Positions 13,888 through 25,720 of a stretch of DNA of 64,000 nucleotides are shown piece by piece. Each line of letters begins with the position of its first letter. Positions within the stretch are counted from its first letter, which is position 1. The stretch spans positions 1,046,643 through 1,110,642 of the forward strand of contig RDEW01000005.1 of NCBI GenBank assembly GCA_011109175.1, given 5' to 3'. The notes beneath the pieces are model-generated. The model was not told the DNA's origin. It did not search any database and saw only the letters and a program-made list of their open reading frames with translations. This DNA is from Dicyema japonicum. Its lineage: Eukaryota; Animalia; Dicyemida. Position numbers and translations under genes: made by a program.

Positions 13888-15757
13888 TTAAATATCATTA
13901 ATTTGATCCAAAACCCTTTTCAATTCATTCACCATTTCATTCCGAGGAACTTTTATCTGACGATTAAATAAAAAAGTACTTCTTCCCTTGATTTTATTGT
14001 CTGAATGATGACAAAATCATTCTCAATTTCATCCTGTCCAACAATCACCGCCAATTTAGCTTGTTTGTCTTGACTCGCTTTTTTCTGCGCTTTAAAATTA
14101 CTATTCGTTTTGTAGCTGAATTCAGTCTAAAAAAGTAATGAGCCAGAAAACATTAAATCCAGCATCGAACAATTCTCTGCATATTTTTAACCGTTCCTTG
14201 ATCATTTCCATCGCATCGTCATTCCTGTCCGGAATGGTAACGACAAAAACGTCAGTAAAATTAGTCTTCAGGTTACACTTTTTTTCCTCAGGTTTTAAAA
14301 TTCACTGAAACTTTATTTTCAACGAAGGAAAACAATCTCTCAACTCCAACAGAAAACCCGACACAGGGAATCTTAACATTACTATCCTGAAACATATCGA
14401 CCAGGTTATCGTAACGACCACCACCAGCAACACTCCCAACAGAAATACCATTTTCCGACTCTAATAACAATAAATCAAAATTAACCCAAAAGTCGAACCT
14501 CGAAAATAAGTCCGGTATAATAATCCAACCCACGTGCCAAACTCAAGTCAAAATTTATCTTAACGATAAAGAAAATAAAATGCCTTTGATATAATTCCAA
14601 ATGCCTCACAATATTCAAAAAGTAGGTCCATCTCCCTCAAGGCGTCAGCAGCTGTAGAATTGGAGGAAAGTGATTCATCGTCCAACAATTTAGACACCAA
14701 TTCTCTACCCCCTCTTGTAAGATTGCAATCAACCATTCATTTCAACGTAATATTTGAGCATATTGACGATCGACGGGTCAATTTCCTTAACATTTACCAA
14801 CTCATGGGCTACTTCTTCCCAGGGAACCTAAATAACAAGCAATAGATACCTTATCCAGTTTATCTACGGAAGAACAAATGGTGGTAAATTTATTTGACGG
14901 GGAATTCAACGAAAGCAACAATCCGTCAAGGAGTTTTCTACTGTTAATCTAGAAAATGACATTATCTGTACTTTGATAACAAATTCGCCCAGATTTAGGC
15001 AAGTAAATACTTCATAGACAATTCTCAGTATCTCTGCATCTGGAAGCATGGGGGAGTAGTCACCGGCAATGTCAAAATCCTAAACAGTTTGAATCACTAT
15101 AAACGCATTGCAGGAACTCCCTGAACCTTCCTCTGTTCATAGCCGGATTGTCTCGTCTGTAAACTTTACCAATGTGGTATCTCTTCATCTTGCTAATCTT
15201 CCGAGAAGCCAAATATCTAGCAAATGGGACCTTTTAGGATAAAAAATAAATTCACAGTCAGATCATATCTAAGTGATAAAAGTTCACCCCCCTGATCAAC
15301 CAAATCGTAGATTAGCTTAGATTCCTCACCATATTTTCCAGTAAGAATTTCCTTGAATTTAAAGCCTTAAATAACTTTCAATTCAAAGACAGGAGTGTCT
15401 ATACTCTCAGCTCCATGTTTCTTGAAACATCTTACGATTTTTCCCATAATCTGATCTCTTATTATCATCTGAGAAGGAATAAAATCTTGTGTTCCCTTGA
15501 ATATTACCATTTTTTTACTTTGGCGGTTTTTATTTTGACCTTTTCAGAGTTAGAACGTTTTGCTCTCAATGAAAAAAGCTTACTTATTTCTAATTGAATC
15601 TAAAAATAGATATAATGATTTCTAAGACTTGATTATTATCGAGGTTTTGAAAATCCAAATTTCTGAGTATTTTATATTGTCTGTCTAACTCACCTTCTGA
15701 AGTGCACATGCGTCTCACCAGAAATAAACAACGAGATAAATGCTTTATGTTGATCAT
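13888..15757 (-). CDS. HARS: Histidyl-tRNA synthetase, multi-exon, intact; second in-frame ATG at 15709
   Basis: Spliced reading gives [64 protein letters not shown] and [12 protein letters not shown]. Confidence 0.95.
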
Positions 15758-15827
15758 TAATTTGAGTTTTTATTTATAAAACATTCAAATATTAACTAAA
15801 ATATTTTATAAATGAGACGTTTTCCTT

Positions 15828-16076
15828 TTGGCAACTATAAAATTAGATTTTGACTTACAAACAATCCACCATCCCTATATACCAACGTACGATGTCCTCT
15901 GTCCATTTTGCAACCTCTACGTGTTGACAACAAATCACTTATTTGAATGTCATGAATTAGTACAACGTTCGTCTACATTGCCGGGACTGACCGATCTATG
16001 GGAGCGACCAACATTATCTGCGTCCTATTTAATAGCTGCTGGCCTCCTACAAGTTAGTGAGGCCTGGATTACTTAA
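15828..16076 (+). mobile_element. LINE C-terminal CCHC zinc knuckle fragment
   Basis: LCPFCNLYVLTTNHLFEC; DLWERPTL also present at about 3100 (-). Confidence 0.65.
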
Positions 16077-16134
16077 CTAACAATCCACTACGCTCCACAG
16101 ATTCAATTCAATATAGAGGAAAACTATTCATACG

Positions 16135-16470
16135 ATGGACCCTCATTCTGGATCAATGGTTAATCCCCTACTCACGAAAGCTACTATCCGTAGTCGCGGA
16201 TCCGGGTTCTTTCGGGTCTGTGAGGAGGATGGAAACCCGCTTAGCCTGTCTTTTTCCAAAACAAAAGAAAGTCGATTGGTTAGGAAGTTCCCCTCCCTAA
16301 TCGGATTCCTCTGTAGGGATGAGAGAGGGTTCTTTCGGACGGTAGAGAGAACAATGGGAGACTACAGACTTTGGATGGCTCGGTTGATTGCGGGAACTGG
16401 GATTACCTAACTGTCTGACGTTTTTCTGTCTTTCTCGGTATCCCTGAGTTCTAAATAAAATAATAAAATA
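16135..16470 (+). mobile_element. 5'-truncated LINE 3' end
   Basis: GFFRVCEEDGNPL...PSLIGFLC...AGTGIT*, homologous to the 9654-9860 C-terminus; (TAAAA) tail. Confidence 0.8.
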
Positions 16471-16594
16471 AATGGGCCTCTTGTGCTATCATAATAGATT
16501 TCTTCGCTATCAACCGAGATTAAGTCTCAATGGATGTGTTCTTGCCCTGGAATTTACCAACAAATGTGTGGATTATTAATTTGAGGAATGTTAG

Positions 16595-16750
16595 TTAGTT
16601 AAATGCATTTCCGCGTTACCCATAAGCATATGAATACTTAGGATTCTGCCTGTGCCGTACTCTTCACTATCCGTTCTACCAGTTTTCTCCCTGTAACTTT
16701 TCTCCTCGCACGTCTCCGCAGTTCATCGAGGTCGTCTGCAGTCCTCTGAC
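16595..16750 (-). mobile_element. RTE LINE 3' end
   Basis: DDLDELRRRARR...RIVKSTAQAES*, followed by a (TAAC)n tail. Confidence 0.65.
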
Positions 16751-17149
16751 GTTGAAAGTTTCAATTGTAAACGGGGTAGAATAGACATACTGATAGTAAG
16801 ATAGACATAGACATTACTAGAGGTTTCAACCACTTAACCAACTGATTTGATGAAATTAAAGAATTCCAAAAACTACGGTAACACCAGACTAACGATTCAC
16901 ATGATTCCAGCACGCTCCAAGAGAGACTTCAACTTGGCACGATATTCCTCACTCCGATGTACTGCTTGTAGATAGAGTTCAAGACTGGATACGGTATTTA
17001 TTAATTTTTACTTTTCATTTAATTATAAACATTTTTTTATTTTAATAATGAATTACTTATATCATTATCTCTGTTATTGTTCATGTGGTTCTGCGTGGTT
17101 AATTTATTGAAGTTTTATGCTTGCTTGCCTATTCCTCCTCTCTTTTCCT

Positions 17150-17398
17150 ATTAGAGTGGCGTCATGTGATCCACCTGTCTAGGTGGCGCCCAGTGCCAGG
17201 CCGGCACAAAAAGGATCATTTGCTCTCCCCCACTCCACTGGAGGGGTTTCCACAACTGCATGTAATGGACGTCCTACCTTTTATGCTTATTCCGGATGGA
17301 CTCTGTTTCTGTAGAAGTGGAAACTGGATACACTTAATTAGTTGTTTACCTTAACTTCTTTCTCGGTGTATCCGGGGTTAATAAATAGAATAAATAAA
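17150..17398 (+). mobile_element. SINE family 2 body and tail
   Basis: Homology to 4640-4870 and 41690-41905. Confidence 0.75.
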
Positions 17399-17479
17399 TT
17401 GTTCCTCAAAAACAGTCAGATATCATCAGGTATGGAGGACTTGGTTGAGAAAGATATGAGGATAGTTGTGAGTTCCAGA

Positions 17480-17600
17480 AGACAATCGAGTTTCGCAGTG
17501 TTGAAACACTGATGAAGGTGTGATTCGTCAATTTCAAAGCATTGTAGATGCGTGAAACCTTCGACCGAATGGGCAGCAGCGAGAATTGAATCGGGGACAT
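17480..17600 (-). mobile_element. SINE family 1 fragment
   Basis: gatgcgtgaaaccttcgaccgaat matches gatgcgtggaaccttcaaccgaaat at 25400. Confidence 0.6.
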
Positions 17601-17829
17601 CATTATTTTAGTGCGGAACTTATTACACTGAGAAATTCATTATAAAAGAAAAGGAGACGCCAAGTTGACGATTGACAGGTCAATTTAAAGGTAAAAGTTA
17701 AAAAATCATTCATTTGGAGGTTGAACTCTCCTATATCTCAATGAACAGAGTAACCTTATTCATTTATTTTTAGCTTGAATTGACAATTTCTTTTATACCA
17801 CTCCCTAAAAGACGTCAGAACATCCACCT

Positions 17830-18880
17830 AACTCAAGTGATGCCCAGTGCCTTGCCGACATCCAAAATTCCTTTCTTCCCTATCAAAGTAAAAGAACTCC
17901 CACAATGAAGAATATAGTAAAAATACGTCCCACATCGGCCATGGGAACTGGATAAAATTTATTTCAACCAAAGACCGACCATTTTCAGATAGTAATACGG
18001 ATAAACATGCTGGATTCATTTGCTCTTGGCAGAAACGGGAGAATCCGCAGCCATAACTTCGTAGTGACGAATTCGACAGAGGAGTTACGAGGGGTTAGGA
18101 TCTGTTCGGCACTGCAAAAGACGTATATTCTTTTCGTACAAGGACCTGATTTTGTCCAACGACGACACAGAGACTGAGGATGAGTCATTCTTAGTTTTTC
18201 CAGGCTTTAAAATAGGGCTAATGATTGAATTTTTCCAGATGTTGGGAATTGTGTGCACATTTACAGAGTAGTTGTATATCCTCGTCAATATCAATCTCTC
18301 CTAGGGCTCCATGTGCTTCAGGTGACATTCAGACACGCCATCACGCCATCGGAGCTACAGTCACGTGAATCCACAAGGATCAGATTATTTTCTGCACTTA
18401 TTCGGGACTGAAAAAGTCATACAGTAAAGTCCCTTAAATTGGCTCAAAATTGTTCCTGAACTAACGATGCATAGTGGTTGAGAAGCATGTTAGTGAGTTT
18501 TAGTGCATTCCTTATTGGTGTTAAACCGTCTTCATCTTCAAGCTGATGTTTGATCCGCTTCGCAATCTTATGTGATCTCTTGTGGTTGAGACATCTAATT
18601 ATACGGTTCACTTCATGTATTGCCGTGAAATGGGAATGTTATGTTGTCTTATAGTCAATAGTACCTGCATCATGCGTTCTTGACTATTTGAGTATATTCC
18701 TCTCCCTTATGAGAGTAAGTCTGTGCGAGCATAGCTTGGGATTGAAGTCCTTGTATGATAGAGGGATGAATAATTTGTCCGCTTTTAGAATGGTACTGCT
18801 GGATCCCACGACGCCTCTTAGGAATTGAAAGGAGGATTCCTTCGGTTAAGTAATAAACGAGGTGAGAATTAAACATACAG
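17830..18880 (-). mobile_element. Degenerate Ingi/Vingi-like LINE fragment
   Basis: IYNYSVNVHTIPNIWKNSIISPILKPGK, near-identical in motif to 8542-8922. Confidence 0.75.
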
Positions 18881-19308
18881 TTAATCGCGAGGCGGGCGAT
18901 ATTCTAACCATTACGCTACTTGGACAATAATTTCTTTTAAAAATATTAGCGTGGCAGAATGACATTTATTATCTGATTTATCACCTTGTGAATAGCCTAC
19001 TTCCTCCAAACATGCTGTGACTGCAACTAACCCAGGCTCAGCAACGGAAAAGGCTGTGACCCTAAAGATAAAGACATAAGAATATCTCGTCAGTTCATTT
19101 TTGAACCAATCGCCGTGGAAAAGTCAGGAATCATAGTAAGCAAGTCACTAACCCTGCTAAATAGGATCACATTGAAAAGGAAAACGATAGAAGAGATGGC
19201 TCTTGGCAAATCGTCAGGGGAAATGAGTTCCAAATCATGAGAGCAGCCAGTGATTCCTAACTGTTAGTTTATATCTTTAATGGCTTAATAAATAAATTAT
19301 CAATAATT

Positions 19309-22139
19309 TTATTTAGTTTTATTATATAAGCAATATTCAACAGTTTTAAATATATTGGTGATTTGGGTTGCATTTTTTCTAAAATTAATACAATTAAAAC
19401 GGAGTAATTGATGTACAACCGACTAGTCTCAAATTCTCCAATCTCTTACTACCAACTTTTAAATGTTTCAGTGTTCTGTTACTAAATTAATAATACATAA
19501 TATTTAAACCTAAGTAAATGACACCCTGACAAATCTAATTTTGTAATATACGGACAAATAGTAGATATACACTTTATACTGATATCCGTTATCTACATTA
19601 TACATCCAGCGAACCCCATAGCATCTGGCTAGTTTTAGGGTTTTGAGATATCTGCAATTTATAGACAAAAATTTAACTCCAGAATCCGTTATTTTCTAAT
19701 TTTAAATAATCATATAAAAACATGGCAATTTGACAAATCAAGATGTTCTAGTTGGAAATATTGATATGTTAATTTTTGAAGTCCATTATCTGTGATTGAA
19801 ACGCAGTCCATTAATGTTAACGAAGAAATCATTCTATTAAAGTTGATAGAAGCCAATGTCTAATTAAAATTAAATAAAGTACCTGATCCGTACATGAACA
19901 TCCTGACAAGTCCAATATTTCAAGATTCTGCAAATTTGATAACAGTTCTAGATTTTGTGAGTTAATTTGGTCGCAGTAGCATAACCAAAGTGATTTTAGT
20001 CCAATACACCTAACCATTAAGTCAAAATAAACTTTCGTGATATCGACTGGATTGCAATATTTCCAATTAAATAACAATTTGTGAGGTTTAATTCTGTGAG
20101 ATGTGAGCAATGGCTTCCTTCACTAAAATTACGAATTCCGTTATCTGAAATTCTTGCAATTGAAAATAATAAAAATACCGGACACAATTCGAAATATTTA
20201 GACTTTTTAAATTTGTGAACAAAGCAATGACTTTCATTCCCTTGTCGTTCAATGAAAAACAATTAATGAGGCTTAGTGTCGAAATCAACTGACAGTTTAC
20301 ATGTGCGAACTTTAATGTTTCATTTGTGACAAAACTGGTATCTAAATGTCGTTTCGAATGTAAATACATCCAATTTCAATTTTCTTTATATTTTTGGCTT
20401 GGTCACAAAGATCGTGAAAAGCCTTATCAGTTAATCTCGTTGCCCCAATCAAAGAAATGTGTTCTAGGCTGTGCATTCTCTGTCCAATATACTTTAATAT
20501 ATTTGTGAAATTAACTTTTAGGCAAATATCAGTTATTCCCGGCACGTGATTTATTATCAATGTTTTGACATTCACGCATTTATCTGCTAGTTCGTAGAAT
20601 CCCTTTTGTGTAATCTCGAATTGTTAACTGTTTTAACCTGACCGCATCCAGAAATGTCGAGATATTCCAATATTCTAATCAAGTAACATTTTGTGAGAAA
20701 ACAAATTCCCTTTTCGGTTATTTCTTTACAAAAACTAATATTTAAAAATTGTAAATTTTTGCAGTTTCTTTGAAAATTAAATTCATTTTTAAACTTTCCA
20801 ATCTTTTGTAGAGCAACGTCCGTGAGATTTGTCTGTGAAATGTTCAAGTATTTGAGATTTTTATTTGATTTTACAATTTTGCACAAATGTGGATCCTGAA
20901 GACTTTAATTTGCAAATTACAGTTAAATATAAACAGCCTGAGAGATTGAGATCAATGATATTCTGACAATCACCGACCACAGTGAAAGATATATGTTTGA
21001 TTGGGCAGTTTTTTAAATTTAAGGATAATAAATAGGGTTGGGCTCGATTTAGTTGTCTACACACAAACTTATCAGAGATCCTATCAAAGTCAAAATATTT
21101 TATACCAGTGTTCATATTCGCTAAAGTTGATCTGAAAATATATTAAACTTTACTTTTGTCCATAAAATATTTGCTTGAACGATTGCATTCCAAGATCTCG
21201 ATACGGCTTCACATCTGAGCAATGATTGAAGGTCTAAGTAACTGAAGATCTTAAATATTGTCAATAAATGTACAGCGGAACTAATGGAAATAGGTAATAA
21301 GGATATTTCATCAATTCCTGAGGTACCGTCCTTAGCGGAAGGACTTGTATTCGAAATATCTCCGACTTCTAAATTCTTTAACTTGAATTAAAACAAAAAC
21401 TTCGAAATATTCCCTCGTACTCTTAGATTCCTGCGCCCTGCTGTCTCCATAATTTTGATAATTAAGCGGGCTAAAAAGACTCTGATATGACTTTTTTGAT
21501 TATAGCCAAGGCCACTGGGACTCATATTAAAACTAACTAATTCTGATTCCTCTTAATTTCGCTATATTTTTCCTTTAATTATTATAATTTTACTCTGAAA
21601 ATGCTAAAATAATAAGATAAGCATTTCATTCTGTACATTCTTTCACACGTTTTTTGAAAAGTTTTCGTTTCATTTCTGTTGGCTTCTCCCTGATATGATT
21701 TTGCATTAAAAGGCTTTAATAAATATTTATTCACTTAAAATATTTACGGGTTGATTTATTTATGTAATAATCATAGGCTATTCTCTTAGATTCTATGGAT
21801 GGCTTAAATTAGTGGGATGTATTACCTCGAATTCATTGTCAGAAAAAAATATTGAATTTATGTGGAATTTTATCATATTCGTTAATTTTTGTTTTAGTCT
21901 TTCAGAAACAAACATATCCCTATTTTTATAAAGTCAAAATACCGAGCGATAACTGGATTTTCGTTAAATAATTTTGTGAGACAATTTATTATGAACTGAA
22001 TGTGATTTTTGGTTGCACAACTATTAGTCCTGTCAAAATTGCCTGAATAATACAAGAAAATAACCTCGTAAATTTCTGGAAGATTATTATTTTTAAAATA
22101 TAAAATTAACGTTTGATCAGCTTGTTCGATTGAAACCAT
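19309..22139 (-). CDS. FBXL13: F-box/LRR protein 13 (DRC6), multi-exon, with two apparent 5' lesions
   Basis: The N-terminus MVSIEQADQTLILYFKNNNLPEIYEAILTGL resembles mouse Fbxl13 (MASLRNATPRLRSYFRDKYIPQICEALLCGL). F-box EISLLP..IFSYL is followed by LRRs in FBXL13 order. The 5' exon structure is uncertain. Confidence 0.8.
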
Positions 22140-22239
22140 TTCAAAGTTACTACGGTAATTAAATTTTTATTAAAAAAAATATTAATTATTTAAATAATTG
22201 GATTTAACTACATGGAGATTAAAGACAACCAGAAGCATT

Positions 22240-22530
22240 CACTCCCCTATTCAGTCGCGGACCAGGATTCCTCCGCTTCAGTGAGGGAGATGGAAACCCG
22301 CTTTGCTTGTCCATATCCAAGGCAAATAAAACCAATTAGCACAAAAGTTCCCTTCCCTAGTCGGATTCCTCTGCATGAATGAAAGAAGGCTCTTGCGTAC
22401 GGTAGTGGGTACAATGGCAGACCGCAGATGTTGGATGGCTCAGTTGATTGCGGGAACTGGGATCAATTAACTGTTTGAAGTTTTTCTGTCTTTCTTTCTT
22501 GGTGATCCCGTGTTATAAATAAAAAATAAA
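22240..22530 (+). mobile_element. 5'-truncated LINE 3' end
   Basis: Nucleotide homologue of 16180-16470. Confidence 0.8.
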
Positions 22531-23232
22531 TGGAGGAAAAGATGGGGGTCTTTTAATCGCATATAACGTTCAAGGTGATTAAAAATGGTTGAAGTGATGA
22601 TGTACCTCTATTTCAAAGGTTTTCAGAAAATAATTCTCGCTGCACACTAATCACACACATTAAAAATGAAAAATGAAATTTTTTCGAATACGTAAAAGTG
22701 AGGACAAAGTTGGTAATTTAATGTGCAAATTTTTATTAATATAAAACAACAATAAATTAGAGAATGCGTGAATTGGTAATTGAATCATGATTCACTAAAA
22801 ACAAATATAAAATTAAAAAATGAAATCCACTTAATTATTGTCGTATGTCATAAGAACCCGGGCCGTTGATACAGTCCGGGTTGATAAAGCCAGTCCATTA
22901 CTTGAAATCATTAACAATCTCTAAGTTTTGTTTCAAGAGAAACAAAAAGAACAAAATATAGAAAAAGTTAAATCATACAGTGACAAATTGCTGAAGTGAT
23001 CAAAAAGATGTTAACCACCTTCAAGCAAAAAAAGAACTGAAATAGACAGTAACCTTATACCATTTTCGAAGATAGATAGATTTTATTAACACAACAAACT
23101 CGTTACTAATTAAAAACTAATTAAACAGGGAGAACCAATGAGTTTGTCCTAATTGATGGGGTCTGGCATAACAAGACACATATGTCTCCTCTTCGAATTA
23201 TTGACCCCTTGCACCAAACAAGAATTATTTTT

Positions 23233-23900
23233 TCAAGTGGTGCAATATTTTTTCAATAGATTTTCACGTCTTGCATAAATAGGCGGTAATTTAGATTTTA
23301 AATCAAGTCCATATGCCAGTTTAATAGCATATCTCCTCGATCTATCGATAAGCTCTACAAGAATACTTCTCTCTTCACTTTCATACCATCCTTGAAGCCA
23401 TAAATCAAGAATGGTTCTATCCAAGCTGTATACACATAGATTAAAGTTTCCGGACTCAATTGAAAACGTAGAAGCGATTTCAATATCGCTGTAGCTTTTT
23501 TTCTTGATGTAATTTATAAAGGAACCCTTCGAGTTTACACAAACACCAAGATACCTCAACTGTTCCATGCACTTGATTGCTCCAGTATTAATACAAATTT
23601 TTGACTTATTTTTTGTTATTAACAATCCATGAAGCAGTACACTTTTCAAAAGATAAGGATAAACCTTTATCTCTGCACCAACATTTAATTTTTCGATATG
23701 TGCTGAAACACGTTTCCAGGAAATCTTCGATCAAGCAGAAGAATGTGATCAGCATAAATATGCATTTTCGAATTTGAGTGTTCAACCTTCGGAATGTCTC
23801 TTTTCGCTTGAGGGTGTTTTGTCTTTTCGCTAACCAACGCTTCAGCGTTTGATTATAGCCTTCGAGTTGTTCTTGTTATTGAGAGTGTCTTGGTCTTCCA
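23233..23900 (-). mobile_element. LINE RT C-terminal fragment (related remnant at about 26790-27100)
   Basis: EQLRYLGVCVNSKG motif; tctactcgatctatcg..aag..tttcatacca is shared with 26870-26920. Confidence 0.6.
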
Positions 23901-24115
23901 TGAATCTCCTTTATCCCCAATCACATAATAATCTTGAAACTTCAGAGTTACAAAACTGCATTATCCGTATGTAAGGTTTTAGGTGGCCCAACTGATTAAA
24001 ACATGTCTTCAAAAGCATTTCTTATATTTTGTAGAATTTACTTATTAGTTAGTAGAAATAAATATGCAAATTTTGAGTACCGAGCTATTACATTAATATC
24101 CACAAAATAAAATTT

Positions 24116-24690
24116 TTGTTTTTTGATGGAAAAAGGGACCGATCCTTCGACCTCTTCCATTTTCAACACTTTTCACGCTTAATCGATTTATTGAGTCAAA
24201 ATAATTTTTTTTGTTTTTTATGGAAAAAGGGACCGATCCTTCGACCTCTTCCATTTTCAACGTTTTTCACGCTTAATCGATTTATTGACTCAAAATAAAA
24301 TTTTTGTTTTTTGATGGAAAAAGGACCGATCCTTCGACCTCTTCCATTTTCAACATTTTCCACGCTTAATCGATTTATTGACTCAAAATAATTTTTGCTT
24401 TTTGATGGAAAAAGGGACCGATCCTTCGACCTCTTCCATTTTCAACACTTTCCACGCTTAATCGATTTATTGACTCAAAATAATTTTTTTTGTTTTTTAT
24501 GGAAAAAGGGACCGATCCTTCGACCTCTTCCATTTTCAACATTTTCACGCTTAATCGATTTATTGACTCAAAATATTTTTTGTTTTTTGATGGAAAAAGG
24601 GACCGATCCTTCGACCTCTTCCATTTTCAACGCTTTTCACGCTTAATCGATTTATTGACTCAAAACTATTTTTTTGTTTTTGATGGAAAA
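24116..24690. repeat. Minisatellite, about 93-bp unit, 6 copies plus a partial one
   Basis: GGGACCGATCCTTCGACCTCTTCC recurs at about 24135, 24229, 24323, 24414, 24508 and 24599. Confidence 0.95.
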
Positions 24691-24759
24691 TCAACCCGGA
24701 CAGTATCAACAGCCCGGACGGAAGCTATGAATACGACAATTATTATGAATTAAGTTCTT

Positions 24760-25720
24760 CATTTTCTTTAACAGATAAATGTCTTGACTGAAACACAAGA
24801 AAAGGATTTCGTATATAAAAAAATATTTATAGTTTCAGAATTTCCCTGCCTACTTGCATTAACATCGTTTAATATTTGTAAAATATTTGACAAATAAGCA
24901 AATTTTATAGACCACAATGCATTCTGAATTTTTTGAACAAATTCAGAATGCCCTTCCAATCAAAGAAAACTCGCACATCTAATTTTTCAACTCGAAAACT
25001 CTTGTTAATGCTTTACCCTTTGACAGCCTTCGTATTTCCGTATGAAATAACACATTTGTAAAGTTCGCCCTCATTTCATCGCAAATGGTAGAAAAAATAC
25101 GCGACTTTTTTTATATAATTTATCATTCGAATAACATCATCCATAATAGATTTTAAATTTATGGGTAATGTTTTATTACCAATACAAACAATGCACTTTC
25201 CGAGGAGCCTATCAGCTATCGCTTCCCTCAGGTGGAACACACACTTTATTTTAAGCAAAGAACAGTTATCATAGCTAATCGATGAGGGAGAATCAAGGAA
25301 TGCTCTTCACTTCTTTGTTTTCTTTTTGTTGGTTGTATGTCCTATATAGACGATCTGGTTTCGCAGTGAAATGTTCATTCGTCAAGCCAAAGCATAGAGA
25401 TGCGTGGAACCTTCAACCGAAATGTACAGTATCGAGATTCTAACTAGCGACCTTAAGGCCCCTTGCCTGGCAACCGTTGCACTGCGCCACAACCAATACT
25501 GTTCGGTGCAAAAAACAATGTGATGATACTAACTCATTATTTTTAGATTTAACTAAAAAAAGTCCATTAAGACGACATAGACGGGGCTCCATCTGTACAT
25601 ATACCAACACAATTGGCAAATCAATATTATTGAATAATCATTCGATATCGTAGACATGTCAACTGCTCGAGTAGTAGTTAAGAGAAGGCGACGAACTGAT
25701 TTATCCACTATAATAAGTAA
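24760..25720 (-). pseudogene. Buster/SCAND3-type hAT transposase remnant interrupted by a SINE
   Basis: CVGICTDGAPSM (about 25580-25615), MDDVIRMINYIK and WSIKFAYLSNILQILNDVNASRQG. Confidence 0.75.
25210..25505 (-). mobile_element. tRNA-derived SINE (family 1)
   Basis: A-box TGGCGCAGTG and B-box-like GTTAGAATC; body matches 13500-13818. Confidence 0.75.

Larger units (their letters stand above)
22829..24755. repeat. Imperfect inverted repeat pair (22829-22884 / 24691-24755)
   Basis: acttaatt..ttgtcgtat..ccggg.cgttgatac.gtccgggttga on the left is the reverse complement of the right arm. Confidence 0.8.

Noticed and set aside
4560-18925. tRNA genes at 4560 (+), 13746-13818 (-) and 18870-18925 (-)
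   Set aside because: They have A/B-box-like motifs but no complete cloverleaf; treated as SINE heads.
19595-19635. Helitron-like 3' end (GC-rich stretch then CTAGT)
   Set aside because: It lies within FBXL13 exon and intron sequence on the minus strand, with no proper hairpin or 5' partner.
24116-24690. CRISPR array (also 45631-46246)
   Set aside because: Whole units repeat with no unique spacers, there are no cas genes, and the context is eukaryotic.
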